From Phallusia mammillata (taxonomy: Eukaryota): DNA of 64,000 nucleotides. Below are positions 63,500-64,000 of this stretch, piece after piece. The stretch lies in NCBI GenBank assembly GCA_965637545.1, contig OZ281497.1, positions 15,996,001-16,060,000 of the forward strand. Reading direction: 5' to 3'. The notes beneath the pieces were generated by a model that saw nothing but the letters and a program-made list of their open reading frames with translations, ran no database searches and was not told where the DNA came from. Numbering within the stretch: position 1 is the stretch's first letter; the number at the start of each line of letters is the position of its first letter. The position numbers were made by a program, and so were the translations under genes.

Positions 63500-63930
63500 G
63501 TCATTCTAACCGGTTTTGGTTCCGGTTCAAGTTCAACTTCGGCCAGGTGATAAGGAAATGATAATTTTGAGTTCGGTTCCTGTGTAATAAAATAAAACAG
63601 TCCACACCCTTTAGCCGGTTTTAAAGACACAATTGTTATTTAGACATTTAGTAAATACAGAAAATTCAAAAAGGAAAAAGAGGACAACTTACTTTTCGTT
63701 AAAAAGGAGGACATGTCCTCCAAAAAGAGTAGCCTACGTATGGTAGGCCTAGAATGAACCGCTTGTCGTATGGGTTCAGATTCGGTTCGGGTTCACTTTG
63801 TTTTGTTTTGGGGGGTTGAGGTTCGGTTCAGCTTTATAAAAAAATATATTTCTTCGGTTCCGGGTTTTGTTACGGTTCGGGCAAATTACCCGGTTCGAAC
63901 CGGTTTGAGGGTTTTAACCCAGTTCAAATT
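63500..63930. mobile_element. MITE remnants rich in ggttc/gaacc repeats
   Basis: There are dense cggttc/ggttcgg repeats and an end-like segment gaggacatgtcctcc...cgtatggtaggccta. The TIR and TSD were not resolved. Confidence 0.4.
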
Positions 63931-64000
63931 ATCATTATTATTATTTTTTTTTTGATTGTATTTTTCGACACTCAGGCGGCAGTCCGAGAACTGAAAATTG

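Overview
A compact, AT-rich animal genomic window with closely spaced genes and many short (50-100 nt) introns. It is most consistent with an ascidian (tunicate), which is my inference from gene spacing, intron size and repeat types. In order, it carries an RPS2 pseudogene fragment, SPMIP7/SPATA48 (+), DRC1 (-), an uncharacterised multi-pass membrane gene (-), an H-type ferritin with a deviant IRE (+), SH3PXD2A/Tks5-like (-), TPCN2 (+), GUF1 (+), TMEM243 (-), an intronless POLG (-), TTI2 (+), a 16-exon ovothiol synthase OvoA (-) and a CYP4 P450 (-). Mobile DNA includes several hAT-type MITEs with readable 8-bp TSDs, an internally deleted hAT transposon, a Foldback/MULE-like element, long-TIR palindromes, two SINE-like families and an LTR remnant. 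The main items for follow-up are: (1) OvoA with an intact sulfoxide-synthase core but a divergent SAM-binding motif; (2) an inverted, frame-preserving copy of the OvoA last exon that is half diverged and half identical; (3) intronless POLG abutting TMEM243 in an operon-like layout; (4) a non-canonical ferritin IRE that may lie upstream of a trans-splice acceptor; (5) a sharp CpG-content boundary inside the CYP4 gene. Gene names come from my recognition of hand-translated exons; no database search was run.
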